In this document: positions 58,319 to 64,000 of the stretch, one piece after another
Layout of the letters: each line of letters opens with the position of its first letter
Numbering within the stretch: position 1 is the stretch's first letter
Assembly: GCA_964016885.1 (NCBI GenBank)
Contig: OZ024740.1
Location: forward strand, 171,120,001-171,184,000
Direction of reading: 5' to 3'
DNA: 64,000 bases
Source of the DNA: Eledone cirrhosa
Lineage: Eukaryota
Translations under genes and position numbers: made by a program
Notes under the pieces: generated by a model
Databases searched by the model: none
The model's input: only the letters and a program-made list of their open reading frames with translations
Told to the model about the DNA's origin: nothing

Positions 58319-59174
58319 CTGTATATATGTGTGTGTGTGTGTGTGTGTGTGCGTATAGGTGTGTGTGTATGTGCATGTGCATGTGTGTGTGTGTGTGTGT
58401 GTGTGTATTCACCTTACAAAACAACGAAAACTTGCAACAAGGCATGCCAACACCAATTTAAATCAGATGCCATTAAAGAACAAAGATTACTCAAAGCATA
58501 CGAGTGTACTGCAATTATTTATTTATCTATTTATTTACTATTTTTTATGGGGTTTTTATTAATTCTTTATCTTTATTTGTACTTTATTTTATCATATTTT
58601 GTTGTTTTTAAATCTGAATAATCTCTCTACACAAGATAGAATACTTCTTTTCTTTGTTGCTCATATTTTTATTATTGTTTTTATTTTCGTGTTTGTTATT
58701 AAATCTTATAGCTTTATTGAAATATGCTAGTCGCCATAAGAGACCGCATGAAGTGGCCAATTTTTGTATGATTTTATTTCATTTTATTTTTATTTTTATT
58801 TTCGCTATTGTAGTGTATATATTTATTTTACTTTCAACATCTCTCCGGTTCAGAAACTTCACCTAAGCAGTCATTTTTATTATCATTGTTGCTGTTGTTA
58901 GTATTTGTTGTTGTTGTTGTTGTTGTTTTGTCTTCGTCTTGAAGTCGAATTAAGCAAAGGAATTTACTCGTAGACCTTCTACCGAGTGCAATAGACTGCT
59001 GAAAGTTACGACACGGCAAGTTTAATTTGCGACTTTGGTTCAATTGTAGGTTTAAATCAATTCATATTTTCAATTACGTTGTCGCTGCTCTTTGGAAAAG
59101 CAAGAATGACACAAGATCTCATTTCGTCATCGCTAATAGGTGCTGTTGATTTATTATTCTTTTTATTATTATTA

Positions 59175-60860
59175 TTTTCTTTCTCGTGCTGTTCTTTTGT
59201 CGCATTACTACACCAAGAGGACGGGTCATAACTAATGACCTATGAACTCTTCGTTATTTGGTTACTATCTCTTGTGGCTTATGTTCCCATTACCCTTCTC
59301 AAAATTCTAGCTGTTTCAATGAGAGTCATTTTCAGGGGGAATACTACTTTTGCCAAAATGCCAAGTTTTTCTATTCATTTTTCTAAGATCTTGGTCACAC
59401 AACCCAAAGCACTTATCACTATTGTTATAAGCTCAACCTTTTTTTATGCTCCATATTGTTTGGGCTTCAGTTGTAAGGTCTTGGTATTTATCAGCTTTCT
59501 CCATTTCTTTTGGCTGGATCCTCTCAACTCCAGGAATGGTGACATCAATAATTCGACATATCCTCTTTTTTTTTTCTATCACAACTATATCGGGTCTCCT
59601 TGCTGTTATAGTTATGTCCCATAAAACCTTTACATTACCATTCTCAAGAACTCTCTCTGGTTGGTGTTCCTACAACAGTTCATTTCACTCCAGACAATAC
59701 TTCCCACAAAGCTTCTAATGGATAATCTTAGCAACTGTATCATGTCCCCTCTTGTATTCTCTTTTAGCTCATGATGTAACACACACTCTCGTTCTTTTCC
59801 CACATAATCTACATAGGCGTAAATATACAGTTTTATCTATTTTGTTTTTTATCAAGTTGGTTCTAATTGCTTGCTCTTGAGTAGATGAAATTAGAGCTTC
59901 AGCTCTTGTTTTAAAATCAGATTTCCTTAGCCAATCCCAAAACTTCTCCTTGTGGGTTGTGTCTTGCATTTTGTCAACATCTCAGTATTTATTGCTACAT
60001 TTTCCTGTTTTATTCCCTCTTTATCAGATTTTAATTCCTTCAACCACTCAGCTTCTTTCTCGTGGCCTTTATTACTATCCCAATTGTTACTTCAGAATAT
60101 CTTACTCTCTTCAGCGTCCGGTTTCTAATTGCTGTTTAATTTCAGCCCATTCAGCTGTTGGTAAACCTTTGTTTCATCATGCTGGGACATTTCGTTGATC
60201 TTATATTGATCTATCCTCTGTTCATACCTCTTAATTTTGGTTGATTTAGCCTGTTATATTTTTCTTCAGTTCTTCCAAAACTACATTTATACCCTTATCT
60301 TTAATCCTGTATTTACATTCCGATTTCTAGTATTTCTCCTTCCTCCTAAGTTCGCCACGTTTCTTTTTGTCTAGGATGCTGATATTTTTCCTTATTTTCT
60401 TAATGGCTTGCTCTATTGTCATAGCTTCTTCTTTGGTTTTGAAACCTACTTTGTCTCCCAATATAAAGAGTGGATGCTTTGATTAGGTTGTTTGTTGCTG
60501 CAATGTTATCTGCCTTTATTTCAGATAACACTCCATTCACCTTTTTCGTCCATACCCTAAGTAGACTTCAGATGTTATTTATTATTTTACGGAAACCTTT
60601 TATTGGCTTCCCTGCATCATCAAATAGTCTACTTAAATAGAAGCACTCCATGACAGCTATGTTCATTCTCTTTGTCCATCTTGTTCTAGCAGTAATATGT
60701 TCACGACCGGATCCATGCTGCTCACCCGTGGGCTCCTGCCGAGTAAAGAACCTTCACATAAAATTCCAGCCTTATTAACTCTGTTCATTTCAGTATTGTT
60801 TTGATTCATTACACTCATTAAGAGGAAGAGTTGTAATGAGGTGCCACAAACACCAGTATT
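59175..60860 (-). mobile_element. Old, internally deleted R4/Dong-like element with (TAA)n tail
   Basis: WDWLRKSDFKTRAEALISSTQEQAIRTN..CRLC; YKRGHD; IVISALG; N-terminal RTRWTKRMNIAVMECFY; RT core not visible. Confidence 0.7.
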
Positions 60861-60899
60861 ATTTTTTTCTTGTTTTTGTTTTTTTCACCATCTCTATAG

Positions 60900-60911
60900 G
60901 GATTTGCCTAA
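60900..60911 (+). CDS. Candidate terminal coding exon start (GFA-stop in phase 0; alternative readings possible)
   Basis: Strong polypyrimidine tract ending ctatAG at 60899, followed by unique AT-rich UTR-like sequence. Confidence 0.3.
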   Translation, partial: GFA

Positions 60912-62871
60912 ACAGACTCAAAGTCTGGCAAATCTACTATACAAGCTGGAAGAGATAAACCCACTCAATATGTGAGTGAACTGACAATTGAAGACTCTCT
61001 TACGCGAGCTCCCAACAACAGACTTTTAGTTTTAACAACGAAAGAAATATATAGAAAAGTAAAGCATTTTTGTCCAGATGATGAGGGTTCTTCCATCGAT
61101 AAACTCAGCGAAGAACTACTATGTTTATGACACTTATACTCTATGTACAAGCCCGAATGACTCGAAATGTATACATATGTATGGCAACGTGTATATTGGC
61201 TTGTATGTGTGGTGGTGTGTGTATAACTTAGAATGTGAAACTTAGTCTACTTCTTGAAAACTTTAATATCTATACTGAATTTATTGTGCAAAAAATATAT
61301 ATTGCTTATAACTATGATTATTGTATTCATATAATGCTTGCCTATTCGTTTGAGGGCCCATGTGAATAATTATAGTTGTGATTCTCGTCGTATGTACTAT
61401 TTCCTAATACGATGGTGAGGGTTTTTTTAAATGTAAACAATGCTCTTGTACGATGTATTTTTGGGTGAAATGTTATGGTTAAGGTAGTTATATCTTATTT
61501 AATTCGGAAGAATCCTAATATTGAGCTCTTAATATTAAGGTTGAAACATTTGTAAATTAAAATATGATGTAGTCAGAGGTGTTTGGTTTTAATTTTCAAA
61601 GTAAATGTCCTTGTGTATATGTCCTTGTATCTCACTACACTTAGACATGTATGACCTGAATGGTCTCTATTACACCCACACCCAAGACTACAATAACTTA
61701 CAATTTTAACAATTCTCCTCCCCACCATCTCTTATAACATACTCTAAATCCCTTAACTCCAATTACCTCCTTTGAACCACAATTCCATTAACTCTCTTCA
61801 TTTAAATAACTTACATTTAAATAACTGCATGGAATTTCATATACATGTAATTCCACAAACAAATTATTCTACTTTCTTTTAACATTCATTGACCAATCCT
61901 GCATATAAAACAGACCACTATCACAAACCCTTTGTCTTCCTATAGACGGAAATACTAATTGAATACAAACAATCAGTAATTAGACATATCTGTAATTCTT
62001 TTAATAAAAAAAACAAACACCCACACAAAACAGCACAAAACTATGCACACATATTTGTACTGCCAATTACCCCCTTAGCTAAAACACACCCTCATTTTTC
62101 TTGCTACGCCTGACTAATCCTAGAATCAATAAACTATCACAGAATTTCAATTCTTTCACCAGAAAATAGCTCACATTTTATTTTATATCCTACCATCATC
62201 TTTCCCAATGCAAAATAAAATTACTGCTAATCACTATATTTCCATTCCTTTGTTTATTCATATAAAAATCTGTTATTTAAACATAATTTCCAACAGATAT
62301 AAACCCCGAACCCACATACTCACATACACACACCAATCCAAACTCGCCAACATCTAAAAACCCAAATGGGGAGTAATATGAAAAAAGTGCCCCAAAATGG
62401 GGAGAAATTAGGCAAAATGGGGAGATTTTACATAATGAAAGCTATACCCATTTTCACAAGAGGAGACATCTGCCACGCGCCTCAAAGTGGGTGGGAGATC
62501 CCCTCGTCGGACGAAGAGAGTTTACAGGTTTCAAATCGGCACAACTAATCAATGGCAAATAACTTTATTGTTAAGTAACGAGAACCCATCCTTGTGTCAA
62601 TACAAAAAACTCGAGTCCATCTTCAACTAATAACATAAAACCACAACACAAGCCAGAAATGAACCCAACAAATAAGCAGCCATATAAAGCAACAAAGCTG
62701 CCATTTTTCTTTCAGAAAATATGTTTTACACTCTGCTTACACGTATGGATTGTTCATTCAGTTAAGGTTTTAAGTACAATTATATTTTAGACACTCATTT
62801 CAATTATCTACCTGTCTATATATCTATCACTTACTCTCCCTCTCTCTCTCTCAAACCTCTCTCACTCTACA

Positions 62872-62917
<46 letters not shown>

Positions 62918-62918
<1 letters not shown>

Positions 62919-63083
62919 TATAGAAATGGCTTCTACAGGACTAGAACTGTTTCATTCGGAAGAAATCATCAGGAAAGACCTTTCTTCCGAATGAAACAGC
63001 TCTAGTCCTGTAGAAGCCATTTATACTCTGCTATGTATTGAGTACCTTACATACTGTGGTTACTCCCGATTGAACCCGGGATA
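62918..63083. mobile_element. Family A hammerhead mini-element, fold-back form
   Basis: Minus-strand HHR tttc-CTGATGA-tttcttccgaat-GAAA-cag..ctg-TA-gaag (62928-62976), then + strand 3' half and the family A tail. Confidence 0.75.
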
Positions 63084-63150
63084 AACATATATATATATAT
63101 GTGTCTGTGTGTGTGTGCTTGTGTGTGTGTTTGTGTGTGTGTGTGTGTGC

Positions 63151-63236
<86 letters not shown>

Positions 63237-63326
63237 ATATGCAAAACGTAAACAGAAAAAAAAAGCAAACAACATAGAACGTTGAAGAGATATATTAGTT
63301 GAGCACTCAAAATAACAGGAAAAGAG

Positions 63327-63362
63327 TCTTGAGGTTTCGGACACTAGTCCTTCATCAGAAAA
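63327..63362 (-). ncRNA. Minimal type I hammerhead ribozyme, family D
   Basis: Minus strand tt-CTGATGA-a-ggac-tagt-gtcc-GAAA-cc-TC-aa. Confidence 0.6.
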
Positions 63363-63550
63363 TAGAATTAAAAATAAAAGTTAACATAGAAAGATAAAGA
63401 GAAAGAAGGAACGGAGAAAAAATGAGAAATAAAACACTTATGTATTCATGTATATGCGCGCGTGTGTGTGTGTATGTGTATGTATTTATATATACATACA
63501 TATATCTATATATATATACGTATATATATATATATATATATACATACATA

Positions 63551-63593
<43 letters not shown>

Positions 63594-63689
63594 GTGGAAC
63601 ACTGGAAGGTAATATCCGTAGTGGTAGAGCACTCAGTCCAAGGGACGAGTTAGGTAGAAGTGATTACACAACTGTTGTGTAACCACTTC

Positions 63690-63691
<2 letters not shown>

Positions 63692-63741
<50 letters not shown>

Positions 63742-63752
63742 CATATATACAT

Positions 63753-63827
<75 letters not shown>

Positions 63828-63876
63828 CATATATATATATACATATATACATATATATATATATATACATATATAC

Positions 63877-63915
<39 letters not shown>

Positions 63916-63928
63916 CATATATATATAC

Positions 63929-63961
<33 letters not shown>

Positions 63962-64000
63962 CATATATATATACATATATATATACATATATATATATAC
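63692..64000. repeat. Interrupted (TA)n
   Basis: Directly visible. Confidence 0.95.

Noticed and set aside
61680-62700. Possible ancient GIY-YIG/PLE remnant (TCNSTN-like motif near 61845)
   Set aside because: Too degenerate to support by eye.

Overview
Eukaryotic, very AT-rich and microsatellite-saturated window with no bacterial-type genes. The repeat content suggests an octopod cephalopod, but that is inference. Nearly all recognisable coding sequence is transposon-derived: R4/Dong-like and CRE-like REL-endonuclease LINEs, Tx1/L1-like LINEs (one near full length), a CR1-like LINE with a long open ORF2, RTE fragments, two Penelope-like elements (RT + GIY-YIG), a Chapaev3-like DNA transposon with TIRs and TSD, Helitron pieces, a Tc1/mariner-type MITE and many tRNA-headed SINEs. 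Most ORF-track entries ([12 protein letters not shown]) are microsatellite artefacts. Three patterns stand out: (1) many short non-coding elements in (TA)n carry minimal hammerhead ribozymes and are often arranged as fold-back palindromes; (2) different retrotransposon families sit in different microsatellites (Tx1 in GATA, R4/Dong in CATA or TAA, Penelope/CR1/RTE in TA); (3) a few widely spaced, phase-compatible + strand candidate exons may belong to an unidentified host gene whose introns make up the window. All calls were made by eye, and repeat boundaries are approximate.
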